Shown here: positions 1-14,200 of the stretch, piece by piece
Layout of the letters: each line of letters opens with the position of its first letter
Numbering within the stretch: position 1 is the first letter of the stretch
From: Eledone cirrhosa
Lineage: Eukaryota
Direction: 5' to 3'
Length of the DNA stretch: 64,000 nt
Assembly: GCA_964016885.1 (NCBI GenBank)
Contig: OZ024740.1
Span: 406,596,001-406,660,000, forward strand
Made by a program: the position numbers and the translations under genes
Notes under the pieces: generated by a model
What the model saw: the letters and a program-made list of their open reading frames with translations, nothing else
The model's database searches: none
Told to the model about the DNA's origin: nothing

Positions 1-2565
1 CCGTTATTAGTTAGTAGTCATTAGCTAGTAGTCATTTAGGATTCCGTCATTAGTTAGTAGTCATTGTGGATTCCGTTATTAGTTAGTAGTCATTAGCTAG
101 TAGTCATTGTGGATTCCGTCATTACCTAGTAGTCATTGTGGATTCCGTCATTAGCTAGTAGTCTTTGTGGATTGCGTCATTAGCTAGTAGTCATTGTGGA
201 TTCAGTTATCAGTTAATAGTCATTAGCAAGTAGTCATTGTGGATGTCATTATCAGTTATTAGTCATTAGCTAGTAGTCATTGTGGATTTCATTATTAGTT
301 TGTAGTCATTAGTTAGTAGTCTATGTGGATTCCGTCATTAGTTAGTAGTCATTAGCTAGTAGTCATTAGCTTGTAGTCATTGTGGATTCCGTCATTCGCT
401 AGTAGACATTGTGGATTCCGTTATTAGTTAGTAGTCATTGTGGATTCCGTCATTAGCTAGTAGTAATTGTGGATTCCGTTATTACTTAGTAGTCATTAGC
501 TAGTAGTCATTGTGGATTCCGTTATTAGCTAGTAGTCATTGTGGATTCCGTGATTCGCTAGTAGACACTGTGGATTCCGTTATTAGTTATTAGTCATTGT
601 GGATTCCGTCATTAGTTAGTAGACATTGTGGATTCCGTTTTTAGTTAGTAGTCATTGTGGATTCCGTTATTAGTTAGTAGTCATTGTGGATTCCGTCATT
701 AGCTAGTAGTCATTGTGGATTCCGTATTTAGTTAGTAGTCATAAGCTAGTAGTCATTGTGGATTCCGTCATTGGCTAGTAGTCATTGTGGATTCCGTTAT
801 TAGTTAGTAGTCAATGTGGATTCCGTCATTCGTTAGTAGTCATTGTGGATTCCGTTATTAGTTAGTAGCCATTGTGGATTCCGTTATTAATTAGTAGTCA
901 TTAGCTAGTAGTCACTGTGGATTCCGTTATTAGTTAGTAGTCATTAGCTAGTCGTCAGTGTGGATTCCGTTATTAGTTAGTAGTCATTATGAATTCCATT
1001 ATTAGTTAGTAGTCATTAGTTAGTAGTCATTGTGGATTCCGTTATTAGTTAGTAGTCATTGTGGATTCCGTTATTAGTTATTAGTCATTTTAGATTCCCT
1101 TATTAGTTAGTAGTCTTTGTGGATTCCGTCATTAGTTAGTAGTCATTGTGGATTCCGTCATTAGTTAGTAGTCATTATCTAGTAGTCATTAGCTAGTAGT
1201 CATTGTGGATTACGTCATTCGCCACAAGTCAATGTGGATTCCGTCATTAGTTAGTAGTCATTGTGGATTCCATTATTAGTTAGTAGTCATTGTGGATTCC
1301 GTTATTAGTTAGTAGCCATTGTGGATTCCGTTATTAGTTAGTAATCATTAGCTAGTAGTCGTTGTGGATTCCGTTATTAGTTAGTAGTCATTAGCTAGTA
1401 ATCATTTTGGATTCCGCCATTAGTTAGTAGCCATTGTGGTTTCCGTTATTAGTTATTAGTCATTAGTTAGTAGTCATTGTGGATTCCGTCATTCGTTAGT
1501 AGTGAATGTGGATTCCGTTATTAGTTATTAGCCATTGTGGATTCCGTTATTAGTTAGTAGTCATTAGCTAGTAGTCAATGTGGATTCCGTTATTAGTTAG
1601 TGGTCAGTGGCTAGTAGTCATTTAGGATTCCGTCATTAGTTAGTAGTCATTGTGGATTCCGTTATTAGTTAGTAGTCATTAGCTAGTAGTCATTTAGGAT
1701 TCCGTCATTAGTTAGTAGTCATTGTGGATTCCGTTATTAGTTAGTAGTCATTAGCTAGTAGTCATTGTGGATTCCGTCATTACCTAGTAGTCATTGTGGA
1801 TTCCGTCATTAGCTAGTAGTCTTTGTGGATTCCGTCATTAGCTAGTAGTCATTGTGGATTCAGTTATCAGTTAATAGTCATTAGCAAGTAGTCATTGTGG
1901 ATGTCATTATCAGTTATTAGTCATTAACTAGTAGTCATTGTGGATTTCATTATTAGTTTGTAGTCATTAGTTAGTAGTCTATGTGGATTCCGTCATTAGT
2001 TAGTAGTCATTAGCTAGTAGTCATTAGCTTGTAGTCATTGTGGATTCCGTCATTCGCTAGTAGATATTGTGGATTCCGTTATTAGTTAGTAGTCATTGTG
2101 GATTCCGTCATTAGCTAGTAGTCATTGTGGATTCCGTTATTAGTTAGTAGTCATTAGCTAGTAGTCATTGTGGATTCCGTTATTAGCTAGTAGTCATTGT
2201 GGATTCCGTGATTCGCTAGTAGACATTGTGGATTCCGTTATTAGTTAGTAGTCATTGTGGATTCCGTCATTAGTTAGTAGACATTGTGGATTCCGTTTTT
2301 AGTTAGTAGTCATTGTGGATTCCGTTATTAGTTAGTAGTCATTGTGGATTCCGTCATTAGCTAGTAGTCATTGTGGATTCCGTATTTAGTTAGTAGTCAT
2401 AAGCTAGTAGTCATTGTGGATTCCGTCATTGGCTAGTAGTCATTGTGGATTCCGTTATTAGTTAGTAGTCAATGTGGATTCCGTCATTCGTTAGTAGTCA
2501 TTGTGGATTCCGTTATTAGTTAGTAGCCATTGTGGATTCCGTTATTAATTAGTAGTCATTAGCTA
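1..2565. repeat. Local higher-order duplication, period 1658 bp (about 1-905 repeated at about 1659-2565)
   Basis: Markers TACCTAG 123/1781, GGATGTCATTATCAG 241/1899 and GATTCCGTTTTTAG 631/2289 are all offset by 1658. Confidence 0.85.
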
Positions 2566-3419
2566 GAAGTCATTTTTGATTCCGTCATTAGTTAGTAGTG
2601 ATTGTGGATTCGCTCATCAGTTAGTAGTCATTGTGGATTCCGTTATTAGTTAGTAGTCATTGTGGATTCCGTTATTAGTTAGTAGTCATTAGCTAGTAGT
2701 CATTGTGGATTCCGTTATTAGTTAGTAGTCATTGTAGATTCCGTTATTAGTTAGTAGTCATTATGGATTCGTCATTCGCTAGTAGTTATTGTGGATTCCG
2801 TCATTAGTTAGTAGTCATTATGGATTCCGTTATTAGTTAGTAGTCATTGTGGATTCCATTATTAGTTAGTAATCATTAGCTAGTAGTCGTTGTGGATTCC
2901 GTTATTAGTTAGTAGTCATTAGCTAGTAGTCATTTTGGATCCGACATTAGTTAGTAGTCATTGTGGATTCCGTTATTAGTTAGTAGTCATTAGCTAGTAG
3001 TCACTGTGGATTCCGTCATTACGTAGGAGTCATTGTGGATTCCGTCATTACCTAGTAGTCATTGTGGATTCAGTCATTAGCTAGTAGTCATTGTGGATTC
3101 AGTTATTAGTTAGTAGGTATTAGCAAGTAGTCATTGTGGATTCCCTCATTAGTTAGTAGTCATTGTGGAATACGTTATTAGTTAGTAGTCATTAGCTAGT
3201 AGTCAGTGTGGATTCCGTTATTAGTTAGTAGTCATTATGAATTCCATTATTAGTTAGTAGTCATTAGTTAGTAGTCATTGTGGATTCCGTTATTAGTTAG
3301 TAGTCATTGTGGATTCCGTTATTAGTTAGTAGTCATTTTAGATTCCGTTATTAGTTAGTAGTTTTTGAGGATTCCGTCATTAGTTAGTAGTCATTGTGGA
3401 TTCCGTCATTAGTTAGTAG

Positions 3420-6400
3420 TCATTAGCTAGTAGTCATTATCTAGTAGTCATTGTGGATTACGTCATTCGCCAGAAGTCATTGTGGATTCCGTCATTAGTT
3501 AGTAGTCATTGTGGATTCCATTATTAGTTATTAGTCATTGTGGATTCCGTTATTAGTTAGTAGTCATTAGCTAGTAACCATTTTGGATTCCGACATTAGT
3601 TAGTAGCCATTGTGGATTCCGTTATTAGTTATTAGTCATTAGTTAGTAGTCATTGTGGATTCCGTCATTCGTTAGTAGTGAATGTGGATTCCGTTATTAG
3701 TTAGTAGCCATTGTGGATTCCGTTATTAGTTAGTAGTCATTAGCTAGTAGTCAATGTGGATTCCGTTATTAGTTAGTAGTCATTAGCTAGTAGTCATTTA
3801 GGATTCCGTCATTAGCTAGTAGTCATTGTGGATTCCGTATTTAGTTAGTAGTCATAAGCTAGTAGTCATTGAGGATTCCGTCATTGGCTAGTAGTCATTG
3901 TGGATTCCGTTATTAGTTAGTAGTCATTGTAGATTCCGTTATTAGTTAGTAGTCATTAGCTAGTAGTCATTGTGGATTCGTCATTCGCTTGTAGTTATTG
4001 TGGATTCCGTCATTAGTTAGTAGTCATTGTGGATTCCGTTATTAGTCAGTAGTCATTGTGGATTCCATTATTAGTTAGTAGTCATTAGCTAGTAGTCAGT
4101 GTGGATTCCGTTATTAGTTAGTAGTCATTATGAATTCCATTATTAGTTAATAGTCATTAGTTAGTAGTCATTGTGGATTCCGTTATTAGTTAGTAGTCAT
4201 TGTGCATTCCGTTATTAGTTAGTAGTCATTTTAGATTCCGTTATTAGTTAGTAGTCTTTGTGGATTCCGTCATTAGTTAGTAGTCATTGTGGATTCCGTC
4301 ATTAGTTAGTAGTCATTAGCTAGTAGTCATTAGCTAGTAGTCATTGTGGATTACGTCATTCGCCAGAAGTCATTGTGGATTCCGTCATTAGTTAGTAGTC
4401 ATTGTGGATTCCATTATTAGTTAGTAGTCATTGTGGATTCCGTTATTAGTTAGTAGCCATTGTGGATTCCGTTATTAGTTAGTAATCATTAGCTAGTAGT
4501 CGTTGTGGATTCCGTCATTAGTTAGTAGTCATTAGCTAGTAATCATTTTGGATTCCGACATTAGTTAGTAGCCATTGTGGATTCCGTTATTAGTTATTAG
4601 TCATTAGTTAGTAGTCATTGTGGATTCCGTCATTCGTTAGTAGTGAATGTGGATTCCGTTATTAGTTAGTAGCCGTTGTGGATTCCGTTATTAGTTAGTA
4701 GTCATTAGCTAGTAGTCAATGTGGATTCCGTTATTAGTTAGTAGTCATTAGCTAGTAGTCATTTAGGATTCCGTCATTAGTTAGTAGTCATTGTGGATTC
4801 CGTCATTAATTAGTAGTCTTTGTGGACTCCGTTATTAGTAAGTAGTCATTAGCTAGTAGTCATTGTGGATTCCGTCATTAGTTAGTAGTCATTGTGGATT
4901 CCGTTATTAGTTAGTAGTCGTTGTGCATTCCGTTATTAGTTAGTAGTCGTAGTGGATTCCGTCATTAACTAGTAGTCATTGTGGATTGCGTTATTAGTTA
5001 GTAGTCATTAGCTAGTAGTCATTGTGGATTCCGTTATTAGTTAGTAGTCATTGTAGATTCCGTTAATAGTTAGTAGTCATTAGCTAGTAGTCATTATCTA
5101 GTAGTCATTGTGGATTACGTCATTCGCCAGAAGTCATTGTGGATTCCGTCATTAGTTAGTAGTCATTGTGGATTCCATTATTAGTTATTAGTCATTGTGG
5201 ATTCCGTTATTAGTTAGTAGTCATTAGCTAGTAACCATTTTGGATTCCGACATTAGTTAGTAGCCATTGTGGATTCCGTTATTAGTTATTAGTCATTAGT
5301 TAGTAGTCATTGTGGATTCCGTCATTCGTTAGTAGTGAATGTGGATTCCGTTATTAGTTAGTAGCCATTGTGGATTCCGTTATTAGTTAGTAGTCATTAG
5401 CTAGTAGTCAATGTGGATTCCGTTATTAGTTAGTAGTCATTAGCTAGTAGTCATTTAGGATTCCGTCATTAGCTAGTAGTCATTGTGGATTCCGTATTTA
5501 GTTAGTAGTCATAAGCTAGTAGTCATTGAGGATTCCGTCATTGGCTAGTAGTCATTGTGGATTCCGTTATTAGTTAGTAGTCATTGTAGATTCCGTTATT
5601 AGTTAGTAGTCATTAGCTAGTAGTCATTGTGGATTCGTCATTCGCTTGTAGTTATTGTGGATTCCGTCATTAGTTAGTAGTCATTGTGGATTCCGTTATT
5701 AGTCAGTAGTCATTGTGGATTCCATTATTAGTTAGTAGTCATTAGCTAGTAGTCAGTGTGGATTCCGTTATTAGTTAGTAGTCATTATGAATTCCATTAT
5801 TAGTTAATAGTCATTAGTTAGTAGTCATTGTGGATTCCGTTATTAGTTAGTAGTCATTGTGCATTCCGTTATTAGTTAGTAGTCATTTTAGATTCCGTTA
5901 TTAGTTAGTAGTCTTTGTGGATTCCGTCATTAGTTAGTAGTCATTGTGGATTCCGTCATTAGTTAGTAGTCATTAGCTAGTAGTCATTAGCTAGTAGTCA
6001 TTGTGGATTACGTCATTCGCCAGAAGTCATTGTGGATTCCGTCCTTAGTTAGTAGTCATTGTGGATTCCATTATTAGTTAGTAGTCATTGTGGATTCCGT
6101 TATTAGTTAGTAGCCATTGTGGATTCCGTTATTAGTTAGTAATCATTAGCTAGTAGTCGTTGTGGATTCCGTCATTAGTTAGTAGTCATTAGCTAGTAAT
6201 CATTTTGGATTCCGACATTAGTTAGTAGCCATTGTGGATTCCGTTATTAGTTATTAGTCATTAGTTAGTAGTCATTGTGGATTCCGTCATTCGTTAGTAG
6301 TGAATGTGGATTCCGTTATTAGTTAGTAGCCGTTGTGGATTCCGTTATTAGTTAGTAGTCATTAGCTAGTAGTCAATGTGGATTCCGTTATTAGTTAGTA

Positions 6401-6745
6401 GTCATTAGCTAGTAGTCATTTAGGATTCCGTCATTAGTTAGTAGTCATTGTGGATTCCGTCATTAATTAGTAGTCTTTGTGGACTCCGTTATTAGTAAGT
6501 AGTCATTAGCTAGTAGTCATTGTGGATTCCGTCATTAGTTAGTAGTCATTGTGGATTCCGTTATTAGTTAGTAGTCGTTGTGCATTCCGTTATTAGTTAG
6601 TAGTCGTAGTGGATTCCGTCATTAACTAGTAGTCATTGTGGATTGCGTTATTAGTTAGTAGTCATTAGCTAGTAGTCATTGTGGATTCCGTTATTAGTTA
6701 GTAGTCATTGTAGATTCCGTTAATAGTTAGTAGTCATTAGCTAGT
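3420..6745. repeat. Near-perfect tandem duplication, period 1657 bp
   Basis: Markers TAACCA 3575/5232, GGACTCC 4824/6481 and GTTAATAG 5062/6719 are all offset by 1657. Confidence 0.9.
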
Positions 6746-8299
6746 AGTCATTGTTGATTCGTCATTCGCTAGTAATCATTGTGGGTTCCGTCATTAGTTA
6801 GTAGTCATTATGGATTCCGTTATTAGTTAGTAGTCATTAGCTAGTAGTCGTTGTGGATTCCATTATTAGTTAGTAGTCATTAGCTAGTAGTCATTTTGGA
6901 TTCCGACATTAGTTAGTAGTCATTGTGGATTCCGTTATTAGTTAGTAGTCATTAGCTAGTAGTCATTGTGGATTCCGTCATTACGTAGGAGTCATTGTGG
7001 ATTCCGTCATTACCTAGTAGTCATTGTGGATTCCGTCATTCGTTAGTAGTCATTGTGGAATACGTTATTAGTTAGTAGTCATTAGCTAGTAGTCAGTGTG
7101 GATTCCGTTATTAGTTAGTAGTCATTGTGAATTCCATTATTAGTTAGTAGTCATTAGTTAGTAGTCATTAGTTAGTAGTCATTGTGGATACCGTTATTAG
7201 TTAGTAGTCGTAGTGGATTCCGTCATTAATTAGAAGTCATTGTGGATTCCGTTATTAGTTAGTAGTCATTAGCTAGTAGTCATTGTGGATTCGGTTATTA
7301 GTTAGTAGTCATTGTAGATTAAGTTATTAGTTAGTAGTCATTAGCTAGTAGTCATTGTGGATTCGTCATTCGCTAGTAATCATTGTGGGTTCCGTCATTA
7401 GTTAGTAGTCATTGTGGATTCCGTTATTAGTTAGTAGTCAATGTGGATTCCATTATTAGTTAGTAGTCATTTTGGATCCCATTATTAATTAGTAGTCATT
7501 GTGGATTCCGTTATTATTAAGTAGTCATTAGCTAGTCGTCATTGTGGATTCCGTCATTAGTTAATAGTCGTTAACTACCCGTCATTGTGGATCCGCCATT
7601 AGTTAGTAGTCATTGTGGATTCCGTTATTAGTTAGTTGTCATTGTAGATTCCGTTATTAGTTAGTAGTCATTAGCTAGTGGTCATTGTGGATTCCGTGAT
7701 TAGTTAGTAGTCATTGTGGATTCCGTTATTAGTTAGTAGTCATTAACTAGTAGTCATTGTAGATTCCGTCATTAGCTAGTAGTCATTGTGGATTTAATTA
7801 TAAGTTAGAAGTCATTAGTTAGTAGTCATTGTGGATTCCGTCATATGTTAGTATTCATTGTGGATTCCCGTATTAGTTAGTAGTCATTAGCTAGAAGTCA
7901 TTGTGGATTCCAGCATTCGCTAGTAGTCATGGGGTATTCCGTTATTAGTTAGTAGTCATTGTGGATTCCGTTATTAGTAAGTAGTCATTAGCTAGTAGTC
8001 AATGTGGATTCCGTTATTAGTTAGTAGTCCTTGTGGATTCCGTTATTAGTAAGTAGTCATTAGCTAGTAGTCATTGTGGATTCCGTCATTAGTTAGTAGT
8101 CAATGTGGATTCCGTTATTAGTTAGTAGTCATTAGCTAATAGTCATTGTGGATTCCGGTATTAGTTAGTAGTCATTGTAGATTCCGTTATTAGTTAGTAG
8201 TCATTGTGGATTCCGTCATTAGTCAGTAATCATTGTGGATTCCGTTATTAGTTAGTAGTCATTGTGGATTCCATTATTACTTAGTAGTCATTTTGGATT

Positions 8300-11200
8300 C
8301 CGTTATTAGTTAGTAGCCATTATAGATTCCGTTATTAGTTAGTAGTCATTAGCTAGTGGTCATTGTGTATTCCGTGATTAGTTAGCAGTCATTGTGGATT
8401 CCGTTATTAGTTAGTAGTCATTAACTAGTAGTCATTGTGGATTTAATTATTAGTTCGTAGTCATTAGTTAGTAGTCATTGTGGATTCCGTCATTAGTTAG
8501 TAGTCCTTGTGGATTCCGTCATAAGTTAGTAGTCATTGTGGATTCCGTTATTAGTTAGTAGTCATTAGCTAGAAGTCATTGTGGATTGCAGCATTTGCTA
8601 GTAGTCATGGAGGATTCCGTTATTAGTTAGTAGTCATTGTGGATTCCGTCATTAGTTAGTAGTCATTAGCTAGTAGTCATTGTGGATTACGTCATTCGCC
8701 AGAAGTCATTGTGGATTCCGTCATTAGTTAGTAGTCATTGTGGATTAAAATATTAGTTAGTAGTCATTGTGGATTCCGTTATTAGTTAGTAGCCATTGTG
8801 GATTCCGTTATTAGTTAGTAATCATTAGCTAGTAGTCGTTGTGGATTCCGTTATTAGTTAGTAGTCATTAGCTAGTAATCATTTTGGATTCCGACATTAG
8901 TTAGTAGCCATTGTGGATTCCGTTATTAGTTATTAGTCATTAGTTAGTAGTCATTGTGGATTCCGTCATTCGTTAGTAGTGAATGTGGATTCCGTTATTA
9001 GTTAGTAGCCATTGTGGATTCCGTTATTAGTTAGTAGTCATTAGCTAGTAGTCATTGTGGATTCCGTTATTAGTTAGTAGTCATTAGCTAGTAGTCATTG
9101 TGGATTCCGTCATTACCTAGTAGTCATTGTGGATTCCGTCATTAGCTAGTAGTCTTTGTGGATTCCGTCATTAGCTAGTAGTCATTGTGGATTCAGTTAT
9201 CAGTTAATAGTCATTAGCAAGTAGTCATTGTGGATGTCATTCTTAGTTATTAGTCATTAGCTAGTAGTCATTGTGGATTCCCTCATTAGTTAATAGTCAT
9301 TGTGGATTCCGTTATTAGTTAGTAGTCATTTGCTAGTAGTCATTGTGGATTTCATTATTAGTTTGTAGTCATTAGTTAGTAGTCTATGTGGATTCCGTCA
9401 TTAGTTAGTAGTCATTGTGGATTCCGTCATTAGTTAGTAGTCATTAGCTAGTAGTCATTAGCTTGTAGTTATTGTGGATTCCGTCATTCGCTAGTAGACA
9501 TTGTGGATTCCGTTATTACTTAGTAGTCATTGTGGATTCCGTCATTAGTTAGTAGACATTGTGGATTCCGTTATTAGTTAGTAGTCATTGTGGATTCCGT
9601 TATTAGTTAGTAGTCATTGTGGATTACGTCATTCGCTAGTAGACATTGTGGATTCCGTTATTAGTTAGTAGTCATTGTGGATTCCGTCATTAGTTAGTAG
9701 ACATTGTGGATTCCGTTATTAGTTAGTAGTCATTGTGGATTCCGTTATTAGTTAGTAGTCATTGTGGATTCCGTCATTAGCTAGTAGTCATTGTGGATTC
9801 CGTATTTAGTTAGTAGTCATAAGCTAGCAGTCATTGTGGATTCCGTCATTGGCTAGTAGTCATTGTGGATTCCGTTATTAGTTAGTAGTCAATGTGGATT
9901 CCGTCATTCGTTAGTAGTCATTGTGGATTCCATTATTAGTTAGTAGTCATTGTGGATTCCGTTATTAGTTAGTAGCCATTGTGGATTCCGTTATTAGTTA
10001 GTAGTTATTAGCTAGTAGTCACTGTGGATTCCGTTATTAGTTAGTAGTCATTAGCTAGAAGTCATTTTTGATTCCGTCATTAGTTAGTAGTGATTGTGGA
10101 TTCGCTCATCAGTTAGTAGTCATTGTGGATTCCGTTATTAGTTAGTAGTCATTGTGGATTCAGTTATTAGTTAGTAGTCTTTGTGGATTCCGTCATTAGT
10201 CAGTAGTCATTATCTAGTAGTCATTAGCTAGTAGTCATTGTGGATTACGTCATTCGTCAGAAGTCATTGTGGATTCCGTCATTAGTTAGTAGTCATTGTG
10301 GATTCCATTATTAGTTAGTAGTCATTGTGGATTCCGTTATTAGTTAGTAGCCATTGTGGATTCCGTTATTAGTTAGTAATCATTAGCTAGTAGTCGTTGT
10401 GGATTCCGTTATTAGTTAGTAGTCATTAGCTAGTAATCATTTTGGATTCCTACATTAGTTAGTAGCCATTGTGGATTCCGTTATTAGTTATTAGTCATTA
10501 GTTAGTAGTCATTGTGGATTCCGTCATTCGTTAGTAGTGAATGTGGATTCCGTTATTAGTTAGTAGCCATTGTGGAATCCGTTATTAGTTAGTAGTCATT
10601 AGCTAGTAGCCAATGTGGATTCCGTTATTAGTTAGTAGTCATTAGCTAGTAGTCATTTAGGATTCCGTCATTAGTTAGTAGTCATTGTGGATTCCGTTAT
10701 TAGTTAGTAGTCATTAGCTAGTAGTCATTTAGGATTCCGTCATTAGTTAGTAGTCATTGTGGATTCCGTTATTAGTTAGTAGTCATTAGCTAGTAGTCAT
10801 TGTGGATTCCGTCATTACCTAGTAGTCATTGTGGATTCCGTCATTATCTAGTAGTCTTTGTGGATTCCGTCATTAGCTAGTAGTCATTGTGGATTCAGTT
10901 ATCAGTTAATAGTCATTAGCAAGTAGTCATTGTGGATGTCATTATCAGTTATTAGTCATTAGCTAGTAGTCATTGTGGATTCCCTCATTAGTTAATAGTC
11001 ATTGTGGATTCCGTTATTAGTTAGTAGTCATTAGCTAGTAGTCATTGTGGATTTCATTATTAGTTTGTGGTCATTATTTAGTAGTCTATGTGGATTCCGT
11101 CATTAGTTAGTGGGTAATTAGCTAGTAGTCATTAGCTATTAGTCATTGTGGATTCCGTCATTCGCTAGTAGACATTGTGGATTCCGTTATTAGTTAGTAG

Positions 11201-14200
11201 TCATTGTGGATTCCGTCATTAGCTAGTAGTCATTGTGGATTCCGTTATTAGTTAGTAGTCATTAGCTAGTAGTCATTGTGGATTCCGTTATTAGCTAGTA
11301 GTCATTGTGGATTACGTCATTCGCTAGTAGACATTGTGGATTCCGTTATTAATTAGTAGTCATTGTGGATTCCGTCATTAGCTAGTAGTCATTGTGGATT
11401 CCGTATTTAGTTAGTAGTCATAAGCTAGTAGTCATTGTGGATTCCGTCATTGGCTAGTAGTCATTGTGGATTCCGTTATTAGCTAGTAGTCATTGTGGAT
11501 TCCGTGATTCGCTAGTAGACATTGTGGATTCCGTTATTAGTTAGTAGTCATTGTGGATTCCGTCATTAGTTAGTAGTCATTGTGGATTCCGTTATTAGTT
11601 AGTAGTCATTGTGGATTCCGTCATTAGCTAGTAGTCAATGTGGATTCCGTATTTAGTTAGTAGTCATAAGCTAGTAGTCATTGTTGATTCCGTCATTGGC
11701 TAGTAGTCATTGTGGATTCCGTTATTAGTTCGTAGTCAATGTGGATTCCGTCATTCGTTAGTAGTCATTGTGGATTCCATTATTAGTTAGTAGTCATTGT
11801 GGATTCCGTTATTAGTTAGTAGTCAATGTGGATTCCGTCATTCGTTAGTAGTCATTGTGGATTCCATTATTAGTTAGAAGTCATTGTGGATTCCGTTATT
11901 AGTTAGTAGCCATTGTGGATTCCGTTATTAGTTAGTAGTCATTAGCTAGTAGTCACTGTGGATTCCGTTATTAGTTAGTAGTCATTAGCTAGAAGTCATT
12001 TTTGATTCCCTCATTAGTTAGTAGTGATTGTGGATTCGCTCATCAGTTAGTAGTCATTGTGGATTCCGTTATTAGTTAGTAGTCATTGTGGAATCCGTTA
12101 TTAGTTAGTAGACATTAGCTAGTAGTCATTGTGGATTCCGTTATTAGTTAGTAGTCATTGTAGATTCCGTTATTAGTTAGTAGTTATTAGCTAGTAGTCA
12201 TTGTGGATTCGTCATTCGCTAGTAGTTATTGTGGATTCTGTCATTAGTTAGTAGTCATTGTGGATTCCGTTATTAGTTAGTAGTCATTGTGGATTCCATT
12301 ATTAGTTAGTAATCATTATCTAGTAGTCGTTGTGGATTCCGTTATTAGTTAGTAGTCATTAGCTAGTAGTTATTTTGCATTCCGACATTAGTTAGTAGTC
12401 ATTGTGGATTCCGTTATTAGTTAGTAGTCATTAGCTAGTAGTCATCGTGGATTCCGTCATACGTAGGAGTCATTGTGGATTCCGTCATTACCTAGTAGTT
12501 ATTGGGGATTCAGTCATTAGCTAGTAGTCATTGTGGATTCAGTTATTAGTTAGTAGGTATTAGCAAGTAGTCATTGTGGATTCCCTCATTAGTTAGTAGT
12601 CATTGTGGATTCCGTTATTAGTTAGTAGTCATTGTGGATTCCGTAATTAGTTAGTAGTCATTTTAGATTCCGTTATTAGTTAGTAGTCTTTGTGGATTCC
12701 GTCATTAGTTAGTAGTCATTGTGGATTCCGTCATTAGTTAGTAGTCATTAGCTAGTAGTCATTAGCTAGTAGTCATTGTGGATTACGTCATTCGCCAGAA
12801 GTCATTGTGGATTCCGTCATTAGTTAGTAGTCATTGTGGATTCCATTATTAGTTAGTAGTCATAGTGGATTCCGTTATTAGTTAGTAGCCATTGTGGATT
12901 CCGTTATTAGTTAGTAATCATTAGCTAGTAGTCGTTGTGGATTCCGTTATTAGTTAGTAGTCATTAGCTAGTAATCATTTTGGATTCCGACATTAGTTAG
13001 TAGCCATTGTGGATTCCGTTATTAGTTATTAGTCATTAGTTAGTAGTCATTGTGGATTCCGTCATTCGTTAGTAGTGAATGTGGATTCCCTTATTAGATA
13101 GTAGCCATTGTGGATTCCGTTATTAGTTAGTAGTCATTAGCTAGTAGTCAATGTGGATTCCGTTATTAGTTAGTAGTCATTAGCTAGTAGTCATTTAGGA
13201 TTCCGTCATTAGTTAGTAGTCATTGTGGATTCCGTTATTAGTTAGTAGTCATTAGCTAGTAGTCATTGTGGATTCCGTCATTACCTAGTAGTCATTGTGG
13301 ATACCGTCATTAGCTAGTAGTCTTTGTGGATTCCGTCATTAGCTAGTAGTCATTGTGGATTCAGTTATCAGTTAATAGTCATTAGCAAGTAGTCATTGTG
13401 GATGTCATTATTAGTTATTAGTCATTAGCTAGTAGTCATTGTGGATTCCCTCATTAGTTAATAGTCATTGTGGATTCCGTTATTAGTTAGTAGTCATTAG
13501 CTAGTAGTCATTGTGGATTTCATTATTAGTTATTAGTCATTAGCTAGTAGTCATTGTGGATTCCCTCATTAGTTAATAGTCATTGTGGATTCCGTTATTA
13601 GTTAGTAGTCATTAGCTAGTAGTCACTATGGATTCCGTTATTAGTTAGTAGTCATTAGCTAGAAGTCATTTTTGATTCCCTCATTAGTTAGTAGTGATTG
13701 TGGATTCGCTCATCAGTTAGTAGTCATTGTGGATTCCGTTATTAGTTAGTAGTCATTGTGGAATCCGTTATTAGTTAGTAGACATTAGCTAGTAGTCATT
13801 GTGGATTCCGTTATTAGTTAGTAGTCATTGTAGATTCCGTTATTAGTTAGTAGTCATTAGCTAGTAGTCATTGTGGATTCGTCATTCGCTAGTAGTTATT
13901 GTGGATTCCGTCATTAGTTAGTAGTCGTTGTGGATTCCGTTATTAGTTAGTAGTCATTAGCTAGTAGTCCTTTTGCATTCCGACATTAGTTAGTAGTCAT
14001 TGTGGATTCCGTTATTAGTTAGTAGTCATTAGCTAGTAGTCATTGTGGATTCCGTCATACGTAGGAGTCATTGTGGTTTCCGTCATTACCTAGTAGTCAT
14101 TGGGTATTCAGTCATTAGCTAGTAGTCATTGTGGATTCAGTTATTAGTTAGTAGGTATTAGCAAGTAGTCATTGTGGATTCCCTCATTAGTTAGTAGTCA

